Source: a bacterium (lineage in GTDB: Bacteria > Patescibacteriota > Saccharimonadia > Saccharimonadales > UBA4665). Taken from it: a stretch of 64,000 nt of DNA. The notes beneath the pieces were generated by a model that searched no databases, was not told the DNA's origin, and saw nothing but the letters and a program-made list of their open reading frames with translations. Position numbers and translations under genes: made by a program. The stretch lies in contig JAJXTN010000004.1 of the NCBI GenBank assembly GCA_021783725.1, forward strand, positions 12,178 to 76,177. Direction: 5' to 3'. Shown here one piece after another: positions 29,020-38,632 of the stretch (the stretch's first letter is position 1; every line of letters begins with the position of its first letter).

Positions 29020-30081
29020 CTACCGAGTCGGAATATTTCTAGTCAATAGTAATTTTTCTACCTCGAAACGATTCCATTCATAATCTATGGCGGCTTTTAC
29101 AATTTTTGTAAATTTGTCGGCTGGGACATAAAGATGCGCCGGTGAAGACAATCCACTTCTTTCACCTCCCTTGCTAACACCGCATTGATAGTGCCCATAA
29201 ATACGATCGACAAACATCTCGTCAGCTAGTAATTTTTCCAATCTAGTCAGTATGACTGGTTCGTCGGCACTATTGGCCCGCTCCAAACTAGAAGCGAATA
29301 ATTGCATCACATCGGCCTTATACCAATCGGCGGTTTGCGGATCGTCAGCTATTGTCGAACCGTTCTTACGTTTAACAAACTTGACTAGCTCGGTGTCGAT
29401 GAACCTTATCCGATTGGAATCTCGCGCCAAATTTTTGACCGTGGCATCGCCGTACTTAACATCACCGCCCATCACCAAACCGGCGCCATGCATAATGCCA
29501 AGTGAGAAAAACATCAGCTCATAGCCCCTGGCTAACTGCCCGTCAGTTACACCTCTGGCTTCTTGTTCTTCAAGCCAAAAAAGGTTATCAAACGACTGCA
29601 CGCTATGCTCATATAAAGTTACTAACTGTTTTACTCCTGATTCGGTAGTCCAAACACCTAGTTGAAGATAACTTTGCTGGTTTTTGCTCAGACCATTCAT
29701 CACCGAATACATTACCCATTCATGGGCCAGCGTATCGGTATCATCGTGCGGCTTCACAGCAACTAGTGTCGGTAGTTCCTGATCGACGGCCGTTTTGAGA
29801 ACTAGTTGACCAAACATTAATTTATGGTGGCTGTGTTGGCGACCTTTTCCTAGTTCTTTGTTAGGTATAAAACGGGCTGTGGCAGTTGTAGCTTGAACGC
29901 CCAAGAACTCCCTTTGGTCGAGATTTATGGCACCTGGTTCAATCTGTTCAATATGATCTACGAGCTGATCATGCAATGAATCAACGGTCTTTAGCCGCAG
30001 TGGGTTTAATTCAGCATCTGGGTAAGCACCGAAAGACGTTTTAGGAATAATCAACGACTCGCCACTAAAAGCTATACTCAT
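29020..30081 (-). CDS. Atypical protein-kinase-like fold protein
   Basis: VAVKP (beta3 Lys), LAHEW (alphaC Glu), MHGAG...YGDATVKNL (catalytic loop), FIDTE (DFG-like). Confidence 0.6.
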   Translation of the reverse strand: MSIAFSGESLIIPKTSFGAYPDAELNPLRLKTVDSLHDQLVDHIEQIEPGAINLDQREFLGVQATTATARFIPNKELGKGRQHSHHKLMFGQLVLKTAVDQELPTLVAVKPHDDTDTLAHEWVMYSVMNGLSKNQQSYLQLGVWTTESGVKQLVTLYEHSVQSFDNLFWLEEQEARGVTDGQLARGYELMFFSLGIMHGAGLVMGGDVKYGDATVKNLARDSNRIRFIDTELVKFVKRKNGSTIADDPQTADWYKADVMQLFASSLERANSADEPVILTRLEKLLADEMFVDRIYGHYQCGVSKGGERSGLSSPAHLYVPADKFTKIVKAAIDYEWNRFEVEKLLLTRNIPTR

Positions 30082-30150
30082 ATTCTTATATTATATAATA
30101 TTTGGGTTAATAGGTAAATAGTGATATTGATTTTGGTATAATTATCCGAC

Positions 30151-30999
30151 ATGCCGAAGCTTAACCAACAAGTCTTGATGTCTGGGGCCGATTACTTTGA
30201 TGTCGTCGAGCTTAATTCTTACTCCAAAGGCATTACGGCTGTTGATCGTGAACGAGCTATGGCTGAATTCGCCAGTATCCAACAAGCACTGGAAACGGCC
30301 GGCATCGAAATCGTCAAAGTTGAGCCGCCTGCCGATTGCCAAGATGGTATATTCACCGCTAACTGGGGTCTTTGCCGAGGGGATAAAGTAATCCTGTCTT
30401 CCCTACCCGGCCCACGCCAAGCCGAAGAAGCCTATGCCGAAAAAATACTAACTGCTATGGGAAAACAGATTATTAAAGCGCCTCACCGCTTCAGTGGCCA
30501 AGGCGATGCTTTGCCATGTGGTAACTGGCTATTTGCTGGTTCGAATTATCGGACTGATCCGCAAATGCATCATTTTCTGGCTGAACAGTTTGGTTTTGAA
30601 GTCATAAGTTTAGAGACCGTACCCGAGCTAGATTCGGCCGGCAACCCAGTAATCAATCAGTTGTCCGGTTGGCCTGATAGTTTCTTCTATGACATCGACC
30701 TAGCGATTTCTGTCTTAAAAACTGATTTAATCGCTTGGTGCCCAGAAGCTTTCACACCGGACAGTCAGGCCAAGATGCGGGCTTTAGACATTCAGAAAAT
30801 CGAAGTTTCACTAGCCGAAGCCACCCAAGGCTTCGCCTGCAATCTAATATCCACCGGCGAAACAGTCATCATGAGTGCCCAAGCCCCTGAGCTACGGGCT
30901 AATATCGAAAAGCATGGCCTCAAAACGCTCACTCCCGCAATCAGTGAACTGGCCAAAGGTGGTGGATATATCCGTTGCACCACCCTGACTTTGAGTTAA
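30151..30999 (+). CDS. Amidinotransferase / dimethylargininase (penteine) family protein
   Basis: VLMSGADYFDV, DGIFTANWG, FSGQGD, FACNL, ELAKGGGYIRCTTL (catalytic Cys). Confidence 0.88.
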   Translation: MPKLNQQVLMSGADYFDVVELNSYSKGITAVDRERAMAEFASIQQALETAGIEIVKVEPPADCQDGIFTANWGLCRGDKVILSSLPGPRQAEEAYAEKILTAMGKQIIKAPHRFSGQGDALPCGNWLFAGSNYRTDPQMHHFLAEQFGFEVISLETVPELDSAGNPVINQLSGWPDSFFYDIDLAISVLKTDLIAWCPEAFTPDSQAKMRALDIQKIEVSLAEATQGFACNLISTGETVIMSAQAPELRANIEKHGLKTLTPAISELAKGGGYIRCTTLTLS

Positions 31000-31035
31000 A
31001 AGTAAAAAGTCCTCACTTTATAAACTTTCAACTTG

Positions 31036-32334
31036 TTACTTTCTACTGTAGATGGCGCTATGCGCCGTAGCAATCTCGTCCCAAGCGTGCTCACCATCGG
31101 CCCGTTCAATAGTTTTTTCATGGCCTTTACCTAGAAGTAGTATCGTATCGCCAGCTTTAGCTCGATTGACAGCGAATTTAATCGCTTCGGTCCGATCATG
31201 AACTAAGAACAGATCACGGTCGCGGACCTTTCCAGCCGATTCAGCTCCTCCAGCTATCTGATCGATAATCGCTAAACCATCTATATCGCGATCATCCTCT
31301 TCGGTGATCACGACTTCATCGGCATAGCGCCCAGCTAACTCACCCTGCACTGCCCGTTTGGCTTCATCACGCCGACCAGCCGATCCAAACATCACTATCA
31401 ACTTGCCTTTGACTACCGGTCTCAAATCCTTGAACAACTTTTCGAAACTGTCAGGCGTATGAGCAAAATCGACTATTACGTCGTAGTCCTGGCCTTCATC
31501 TATCCTGGTCATCCGGCCCTCCACACCTTCTAAAGCAGCGATTCCTCGCTCTATCTGATCTTTGGTTAGACCAACGACTCGACCAGCCGCTACCGCCGCC
31601 AACGAATTATATATGTTGAAACTACCCGGCAAATTACAGCGTATATCATATCTATTATCACCTATGACCGCCATATAGCTACTGCCCGAGGGTTTGAGAT
31701 CGACGTTGGTCGCACGAAGATCACCTTTATCAATCCCGTAAGTAATTTTGGTGGCGATATCGCTGGCAAACAGCTCAGCACTAGGATCCTCAGCATTAAT
31801 GATGCCGGTTCTCAGGCCTTGCTGATTGGCATTAGCCAATTTGAAAAGTTTGCGCTTGGCGTCGCGGTAACGTTCAAAAGTTTTGTGATAATCCAAGTGC
31901 TCGTGAGTAACGTTAGTCATAACGGCGACTGAATATGGCACACCCCAGATGCGATTTTGGGCCAAGGCGTGACTAGTGGTCTCCAGTACCAACCATTCGA
32001 CACCTTGTTTTTTCATAGTTTTCAATCGGCGCATCAATTCTGGTACACCAACATTGGTCATATGATGAATTTGGGGGGTAATGTTTGAGCCGACACCAAA
32101 TCCAACGGTCGTCATCATGCCGACATGATAGCCAGCCTCGTTTAGCATCCGATGAATCATATAAGTCGTCGATGTTTTGCCGTTCGTGCCGGTCACACCG
32201 ATGACTTTCATGTGCTTAGCCGGAAAACCGTAAAGGATATTGAAGATTACCGCCTCTAACAGATGGCCGTAAGGCTCAATCGCCGGGAACAAACCGCTAG
32301 GAATAATTTTCTTAACACTATTACGAAAACTCAT
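31036..32334 (-). CDS. murE: MurE-type UDP-MurNAc-dipeptide amino acid ligase
   Basis: GVTGTNGKTST, ETTSHAL, TNVTHEHLDYH, VDFAHTPD, GKGHE; start MSFRN follows TATAAT-7nt. Confidence 0.92.
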   Translation of the reverse strand: MSFRNSVKKIIPSGLFPAIEPYGHLLEAVIFNILYGFPAKHMKVIGVTGTNGKTSTTYMIHRMLNEAGYHVGMMTTVGFGVGSNITPQIHHMTNVGVPELMRRLKTMKKQGVEWLVLETTSHALAQNRIWGVPYSVAVMTNVTHEHLDYHKTFERYRDAKRKLFKLANANQQGLRTGIINAEDPSAELFASDIATKITYGIDKGDLRATNVDLKPSGSSYMAVIGDNRYDIRCNLPGSFNIYNSLAAVAAGRVVGLTKDQIERGIAALEGVEGRMTRIDEGQDYDVIVDFAHTPDSFEKLFKDLRPVVKGKLIVMFGSAGRRDEAKRAVQGELAGRYADEVVITEEDDRDIDGLAIIDQIAGGAESAGKVRDRDLFLVHDRTEAIKFAVNRAKAGDTILLLGKGHEKTIERADGEHAWDEIATAHSAIYSRK

Positions 32335-32349
32335 CTCAATGATTATAAA

Positions 32350-32379
32350 GCAAACTGGCCAGTTTGCCGGCCAGTTTGC
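32350..32379. terminator. Hairpin GCAAACTGGCC/GGCCAGTTTGC after the 32400-33749 gene
   Basis: 11-bp inverted repeat. Confidence 0.5.
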
Positions 32380-32399
32380 ATTGTTCAGATACAACTATT

Positions 32400-33749
32400 T
32401 TAAAGTTTAATTTTGGCGCCGACGGGCAATTCTTTGGCTTCTTCCCACGTCAAACCATTTGCGCCTAAAGCATGCTTGGTTGCTTCATATATCTGAGCAT
32501 TAGTCGGATGTAAGTTACCGTGACGAATTAGATTAACCTTCTCTTCGTTCCAGATAGTATCACCTTCATGAAGTCGCACAGTGGTCGGCATCGCGGCTTT
32601 TGGTGGGTGAGTTTCTACTCCATGACCAGAGCCCGGAACAGTTGGGCTTGGACTATTACCGTGCCCGCCAGTGTGACCATTGGCCGCTTCTTGGGCACCA
32701 CCACTTTTACTACCGGGGTTACTTAACCCACGACTAGCTAGGTAGACTGTACCGGCGACTACCGCCACTCCGACTACGGCCGCAACTATTTTGCGTCGCT
32801 TGCCTTTTTCGATGTCAAACTTGCCTTTTTCTTGTTCACTGAAGTACTCATGGGTTTTATTTAATCCAAGCGTAACAGCCGCGCCAGTAGCCGCATAAGC
32901 CGACTTAACGCCGCTTTTCACAGTTTTCTTGGGGTGTTTAGAATCATCGAGTTTAACCTCTGGGTGTTCGACAATCGACCCAATAATCAACTCGTCTAAA
33001 CTCTTGTTCAACTTGCTCAGGGCGGCCCGAGCCTTGCCCATAATTCGACGTGTTCGGGCTCGAAGACCTTTCGGTGAAGCATCAATGACGGGCTCACTGT
33101 CAATTAAATCATCTGTTAAATCTGCAGGGGCTTCCTCGGGACTGGATTTTTTGGCTTGAGCCGACAAAACTTCAGCATCATGTTCGCGTAGCATACGGGC
33201 CAAATCAGCAGTTCGGGCCTCAGCTTCGGGCTTTTGAGTAACGGAATAGTACTCAGGCTCTAAGTGTCCGACTGAAAATCCCTCGGCGGCGGCTTCGGCG
33301 ACGGCTTCAGTTTGTAATTTTTTAGCTAACTCGGGGTTACGTTTTAGCCCAATCTCTCCACCATTCTGTAACTTTTTACGATATGAAATACCTTCTACCC
33401 TTTGATTGGCGGCATCACGTTTCGCTCGATAATCATTCATCTCGGATTGATAAATAGCTTCTTTTTCAGCGCCAATTTCTTTACGCGTAAAAGTTTGTTC
33501 TCGAGCGGCCTGCTCTGCTTCCCAAGCCAAAGCACTAGCTTCGAGATCACCATAGGTGGTGTATCCAGCTTCCATAACTTTTTGATGAGTCATTCCTGTG
33601 GCTTTTTGTATGTCTGGTCCGGCGGCAAATTCACGTTCAGGGGTATGAGCAAAGCTAGCCACTTTAGCTAAAACTAAAGGATCTTGTTGAATAACTAGTG
33701 GACTTTCAGTCGATGATAAGACAGTAATTGGAACGGATTCGTGTGACAT
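32400..33749 (-). CDS. Hypothetical single-pass membrane protein with C-terminal LysM-like domain
   Basis: Charged N-region, TM IVAAVVGVAVVAGTVYL, Gly/His linker, VRLHEGDTIWN...ANGL...LPVGAKIKL. Confidence 0.65.
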   Translation of the reverse strand: MSHESVPITVLSSTESPLVIQQDPLVLAKVASFAHTPEREFAAGPDIQKATGMTHQKVMEAGYTTYGDLEASALAWEAEQAAREQTFTRKEIGAEKEAIYQSEMNDYRAKRDAANQRVEGISYRKKLQNGGEIGLKRNPELAKKLQTEAVAEAAAEGFSVGHLEPEYYSVTQKPEAEARTADLARMLREHDAEVLSAQAKKSSPEEAPADLTDDLIDSEPVIDASPKGLRARTRRIMGKARAALSKLNKSLDELIIGSIVEHPEVKLDDSKHPKKTVKSGVKSAYAATGAAVTLGLNKTHEYFSEQEKGKFDIEKGKRRKIVAAVVGVAVVAGTVYLASRGLSNPGSKSGGAQEAANGHTGGHGNSPSPTVPGSGHGVETHPPKAAMPTTVRLHEGDTIWNEEKVNLIRHGNLHPTNAQIYEATKHALGANGLTWEEAKELPVGAKIKL

Positions 33750-33804
33750 ATATTAACCTAATTATCCTTAATATTATTTTTTTGTTTTTGATATTTCAAA
33801 ACTT

Positions 33805-33833
33805 ATTCTAACAAATTACAAGTGATTTGTCAA
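33805..33833 (-). promoter_or_regulatory. sigma70 promoter TTGACA-17-TAGAAT with an internal palindrome
   Basis: Minus strand TTGACAaatcacttgtaatttgtTAGAAT; palindrome ACAAATCAC-tt-GTAATTTGT. Confidence 0.7.
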
Positions 33834-33900
33834 CTATAATTAAACATATTATGTATTTATGCAATTTTAGTTCGAGGTACTCATGATATGCTAGTCAGTG

Positions 33901-34983
33901 ATGAAAATACTTGGGATTGAGACTAGTTGTGATGAAACGGCCGCTAGCGTCGTCGAAGATGGCCGACGATTGATTAGCAATGTTGTGGCTTCAAGCATGG
34001 ATTTGCATGTCAAATACGGTGGCGTAGTGCCAGAAATTGCCGCTCGCAGTCATATCGAAGTTATCAATTCAGTCATTCAGCAAGCTCTCGAACCGCTATC
34101 AGGTACGACCCAGCAGGAAAAGTGGGCCCAAATTGACGGCATCGCCGTGACTTACGGTGCTGGGCTCGGTGGTAGTTTGTTGATTGGGGTCATGACGGCC
34201 AAATCTTTGGCAATTAATTATCATAAGCCGCTATATGCGATAAATCATGTTGAAGGCCACGTGTACGCCAATTTCCTAACCGAAGCCTCGCCTGCCCTGT
34301 CTACTGTCTACAGTCTACGGTCTACTGCCCCAGTTTTCCCGATGTTGGCCGTTATCGTTTCCGGTGGGCACAGCCAATTAGCACTGTTTCGCAATCATTT
34401 TGACTACACGCTATTGGGCCAAACTCAAGATGACGCTATCGGCGAAGCTTTCGACAAAGTTGCCAAAATCATTGGTCTGCCCTACCCTGGTGGACCTTCG
34501 GTAGCTAAAGCGGCGGAATCTGGCGACCCCACCAAGTACAAATTGCCCAAAGCCAAGATGACTGGTTACGACTTTAGCTTCTCTGGGCTCAAAACAGCCG
34601 TTCTAAGGCTGGCACAGGCCGAAATCGGGGAAAGTTACGACTTCCCTTCTATGAAGCTAGCCGAACGACTTACAACCGTCCAAAAACAAAACATTGCCGC
34701 CAGTTTCCAGCGAACCGCCATAGAGACCATTGTTGATAAAGTTAAAACCGCTTATCAAGAATTCTCGCCCGCAAGTGTCGTAATTGCTGGTGGCGTCGCC
34801 GCCAATCAAGAATTGCGTCGCCAATTGAGCATTGCCCTGCCATTATCGGTTGACTATCCTGACATTAATCTTTGTACCGACAACGGGGCAATGATCGCTA
34901 CTCTGGGATGCTATAAAGCCCTGCTCGATCAACCACCAGCCGACCCCTACACCTTGGCTATCAACCCCAATCTGACGATGTAG
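33901..34983 (+). CDS. tsaD: tRNA N6-threonylcarbamoyladenosine synthase TsaD
   Basis: ILGIETSCDET, YGGVVPEIAARSH, HVEGH, VSGGHS, DDAIGEAFDK, FSFSGLKT, CTDNGAMIA. Confidence 0.97.
   Translation: MKILGIETSCDETAASVVEDGRRLISNVVASSMDLHVKYGGVVPEIAARSHIEVINSVIQQALEPLSGTTQQEKWAQIDGIAVTYGAGLGGSLLIGVMTAKSLAINYHKPLYAINHVEGHVYANFLTEASPALSTVYSLRSTAPVFPMLAVIVSGGHSQLALFRNHFDYTLLGQTQDDAIGEAFDKVAKIIGLPYPGGPSVAKAAESGDPTKYKLPKAKMTGYDFSFSGLKTAVLRLAQAEIGESYDFPSMKLAERLTTVQKQNIAASFQRTAIETIVDKVKTAYQEFSPASVVIAGGVAANQELRRQLSIALPLSVDYPDINLCTDNGAMIATLGCYKALLDQPPADPYTLAINPNLTM
34299..34326 (+). repeat. 4 x GTCTACN heptamer array inside tsaD
   Basis: GTCTACT GTCTACA GTCTACG GTCTACT; same unit intergenic at 20078-20105. 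Confidence 0.8.
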
Positions 34984-35039
34984 TACGTATTTTGTTCACA
35001 TTTTCGCTTTCATTACAGAGGTGATATCATAGTACGGAT

Positions 35040-37595
35040 ATGAGTTTACCAAAAGTCTATGAACCAAATCTTTACGAAGATGACATCTATGCTTTGTGGG
35101 AAAAAAGTGGCGTTTTTGCACCTCAAGATTCCAAAAACTACTATTCAGTGGTCATGCCGCCACCAAACGCTAACGCTGATTTGCACATTGGCTACGAACT
35201 AACCGCCGCGCTTGAAGATATTTCAGCCCGCTATCACCGCCTGAAAGGCGAGTCAGTATTACTTCTACCAGGAGCCGATCACGCTGGATTCGAAACCCAA
35301 TCAGTTTACGAAAAACACTTGGCCAAGGAAGGCAAGAGCCGATTTGATTTTTCACGTGAACAGCTATATCAACAGATATGGGACTTTGTAGCCCTCAACC
35401 GGTCTAACTTCGAACAGCAGTTGCGGAAAATGGGTGTCAGCTGTGATTGGACACGTTTCACTTTTACTCTAGATGACAAAATTGTTAAACGAGCCTATTC
35501 GACTTTCCATAAAATGTGGGATGAAGGACTGATATACAGGGGTGAACGTTTAGTTAATTTCTGTACTTTCCACGGTACAGCCTTCGCCGATATCGAAGTC
35601 GTCTACAGGGATGAAGCTAGTTATTTATGGTATATCCGCTATCCATTGGTCGACGGCAGCGGGGAACTGACCGTGGCAACCACCCGACCAGAAACGATGT
35701 TTGGCGACACAGCCGTGGCCGTTAATCCCAACGACGACCGCTATAAATCATTTATCGGTAAAACTGTTAAATTACCCCTTACAAATCGAGAACTACCGGT
35801 GTTGGCCGACGAATTCGTCGATATGAAATTTGGAACTGGCGCCGTCAAAATAACTCCGGCTCATGACCCCAACGACTTCGAAGTTGGTCAGCGTCACTCA
35901 TTGCCATCGATTACAGTTATAAACCATGAGGGTAAGCTTATCGATGTGCCGGAAGCTTACCGTGACTTAAGCGTTGAAGATGGCCGTAAAAAAGTTGTCG
36001 CTGACCTAGAATCTCAAACTTTTCTCGTGAAAACTGAAGACCATATGCATAGCGTTGGCCACTGTTATAAGTGCGGCACGGTGATCCAACCACTACTACG
36101 CGATCAATGGTTTATCGATATGCAGCCTTTGGCCAAAAGGGCTATCAAAGCGTTGAAAGATGACCAGATTAAATTCTATCCGGAATCTAAAAAAGTTCAG
36201 TTGATAGCTTACTTAGAAGGTCTCCATGACTGGAATATCAGCCGTCAAATCGCTTGGGGGATTCCTATCCCAGCCTTTCAAAATGTCGACGATGCCAGTG
36301 ATTGGATTTATGACGAACGCGTCACTGAAGAAATTATCGAAATCGATGGCAAAACTTACCATCGCGACCCTGACACATTTGATACTTGGTTCAGTAGCAG
36401 TTCGTGGCCATACGCCACTTTAGAGCACCCCGATAGTGACGACTTTAAGCGATTTTACCCCTTAAGTCTGATGGAAACTGGTGGTGAGATACTGTATCCG
36501 TGGGTTAGCCGGATGATTATGTTGGGTTTGTACGTAACTGATGAGATTCCATTCAAAGAAGTCTATATCCACGGCTATGTCATGGCTGAAGATGGATCGA
36601 AGATGAGCAAATCAGTCGGTAATGTCGTTAACCCTTTGCCGGTAATCGAACAGTACGGATCGGACGCCTTGCGTTTGGGCATTATTAACGGTCGGTCGGC
36701 GGCGGTTAATCGAGGCTATGACCAACGCAAAGTCGAAGACGGCCGAAACTTCTGTAACAAACTGTGGAATATTGCCCGCTATATCGAAACAGTTGTCGGC
36801 GAAAATCCGAACAGGGAAGACACCAAACCAATCACCATTGCTGATCACTGGATATTGACTAATTTACAACGTTCTACGGATAAAATTAAAGCTGATTTGG
36901 AAGAATATAAATTCAGCGACGCTTACGATAAGCTGTATCATTTTATCTGGGACGATCTGGCCGATTGGTACATCGAAGCTAGTAAAACAGCTCCTAATCA
37001 CGGTCTGCTGTGTCACATCTTGGAGTCTGTGCTGATTGTAGCTCATCCATTTGCTCCATTCGTAACTGAAACCATCTGGCAAACTTTAGCTTGGGAAAAT
37101 GATAGTTTACTAGCCGGCAAACAGTTCGCGCAAACCATCAAAGGCGATATCAAAATATCGGCCGACTTTACCGAAATCCAAGCAATAGTTAGCGAAATTC
37201 GCTTAATCATCAAAGCTTTGCAGGTTGGCAACGTCACCATGTACTACACGGACGATGAATTCATCACCAACAATGCCGCTATCATTAAGCATTTGGCGCG
37301 TTTACAGGCCGTTACGGACGTCAAAGACGGTTCCGGCATGAATTTGACCAGTACGACTCACAAAGTCTGGCTAGACATCGATAAAAGCCGAGCTCAGGCC
37401 TACGTCATTGAATTAGAAGCCCAGAAAACCAGACAATCGGCTCTAATAGCCCAACTAGAGGCTCGGCTGACCAACAAAAGCTATGTTGATAATGCGCCTC
37501 ACAAGGTTGTCAGCCAGACCAAACAACAGATATCCGATGCTAAAGACCAACTCGCCGTAATCGTTGCAGAGATTAAACGATTTACTAATAATTAG
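35040..37595 (+). CDS. valS: Valine--tRNA ligase
   Basis: PPPNANADLHIGY, ATTRPET, GTGAVKITPAHD, DWNISRQ, DTWFSS, KMSKS, C-terminal coiled coil. Confidence 0.97.
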   Translation: MSLPKVYEPNLYEDDIYALWEKSGVFAPQDSKNYYSVVMPPPNANADLHIGYELTAALEDISARYHRLKGESVLLLPGADHAGFETQSVYEKHLAKEGKSRFDFSREQLYQQIWDFVALNRSNFEQQLRKMGVSCDWTRFTFTLDDKIVKRAYSTFHKMWDEGLIYRGERLVNFCTFHGTAFADIEVVYRDEASYLWYIRYPLVDGSGELTVATTRPETMFGDTAVAVNPNDDRYKSFIGKTVKLPLTNRELPVLADEFVDMKFGTGAVKITPAHDPNDFEVGQRHSLPSITVINHEGKLIDVPEAYRDLSVEDGRKKVVADLESQTFLVKTEDHMHSVGHCYKCGTVIQPLLRDQWFIDMQPLAKRAIKALKDDQIKFYPESKKVQLIAYLEGLHDWNISRQIAWGIPIPAFQNVDDASDWIYDERVTEEIIEIDGKTYHRDPDTFDTWFSSSSWPYATLEHPDSDDFKRFYPLSLMETGGEILYPWVSRMIMLGLYVTDEIPFKEVYIHGYVMAEDGSKMSKSVGNVVNPLPVIEQYGSDALRLGIINGRSAAVNRGYDQRKVEDGRNFCNKLWNIARYIETVVGENPNREDTKPITIADHWILTNLQRSTDKIKADLEEYKFSDAYDKLYHFIWDDLADWYIEASKTAPNHGLLCHILESVLIVAHPFAPFVTETIWQTLAWENDSLLAGKQFAQTIKGDIKISADFTEIQAIVSEIRLIIKALQVGNVTMYYTDDEFITNNAAIIKHLARLQAVTDVKDGSGMNLTSTTHKVWLDIDKSRAQAYVIELEAQKTRQSALIAQLEARLTNKSYVDNAPHKVVSQTKQQISDAKDQLAVIVAEIKRFTNN

Positions 37596-37738
37596 TAGTC
37601 GGGGAGTAGACGTTGCAGACTTACAGATAGCAGAAGGGCAGGGAGGCGACAGGAATCAGACTGTCAGACCACGTAGCCTGCTACCTGCTATCTGTTACCC
37701 ACCTGTTTATCTGTTGTCTGAATCCTGATTATCTGAAT
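37596..37738. repeat. Inverted degenerate 7-mer arrays between convergent valS and the XRE-HAD gene
   Basis: ACAGATAGCAG on the left vs CTGCTATCTGT on the right, plus CAGA/TCTG periodicity. Confidence 0.55.
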
Positions 37739-38578
37739 CTATTCCGCTGGCTCGAGGACTTCGCGCACTCTGTCGACCGCTTCTTCGGTACGCGAATCGT
37801 CAAACCACAGCACATGCCAACCTTGTTTCTCGGCGGCCATAACATTAACTCTCGAATCGTCGATAAGCAGTATTTCTTCCGGTGGTACACCAGCTCGTTC
37901 GGCGGCAATTTCAAATATCTTGGACTCTGGTTTGATCACTCCTACCTCAGAAGAATCAACCACGCTATCATAAGTTAAATCTGGCAAAGCGCCGGAATTC
38001 TTCATGGCTCGTAGTTGACCAGGCATGATATTAGTTAGTAAGCCGACTCGATAGTTTTCAACGGCCCACTTAAGCAAATCTTGCATTTCAACAATCGGCT
38101 CAACTGTTTCAAGATAATATTTTAGCCAATCAACTTGTTTGATATTGAGCCTTTCGGCCAAATATGTGTTGAAATCTTCCATGCTGAAAGTTCCGCGACA
38201 AACTTCATCGTTATAATGCCAAAAAGCCGACTCAACAACATCGGTCGGAACGCCGGTTTCAGTCGCCAATTTAGCAAACGCTCGTTGATAAAAGTGAACT
38301 AGACAACCATTAACATCAAAGTAGATAAAACTTACGCCACGCTTAGTAACATGTAGATTGCGCAGTGGGGCAGGGGGGCCAACTAATTCATCGAGAGTTT
38401 TACCAACAGCACTGGCTATCGACTGGACGGTAAAGATTGATGGTGATTTGATAGCCCCACGTTCTATTTTCGTAAGAGTAGAGAAGCTCAAATTGGCTCG
38501 TTGACACAACTGTTGTTGCGTCAAGCCAGCCGCTTGTCGCGCTAACTGTAGGCGTTTGCCCAACCCCTTCTCATCCAT
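37739..38578 (-). CDS. XRE-family HTH fused to a HAD-superfamily phosphatase
   Basis: RLQLARQAAGLTQQQLCQRANLSFSTLTKIERG; FDVNGCL, LLTN, KPE, LIDD; track start 38584. Confidence 0.88.
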   Translation of the reverse strand: MDEKGLGKRLQLARQAAGLTQQQLCQRANLSFSTLTKIERGAIKSPSIFTVQSIASAVGKTLDELVGPPAPLRNLHVTKRGVSFIYFDVNGCLVHFYQRAFAKLATETGVPTDVVESAFWHYNDEVCRGTFSMEDFNTYLAERLNIKQVDWLKYYLETVEPIVEMQDLLKWAVENYRVGLLTNIMPGQLRAMKNSGALPDLTYDSVVDSSEVGVIKPESKIFEIAAERAGVPPEEILLIDDSRVNVMAAEKQGWHVLWFDDSRTEEAVDRVREVLEPAE

Positions 38579-38632
38579 GGCCATATGTTACCAACATTTC
38601 GACCATAATCCAAGTAAATTAGTACTAAATGG

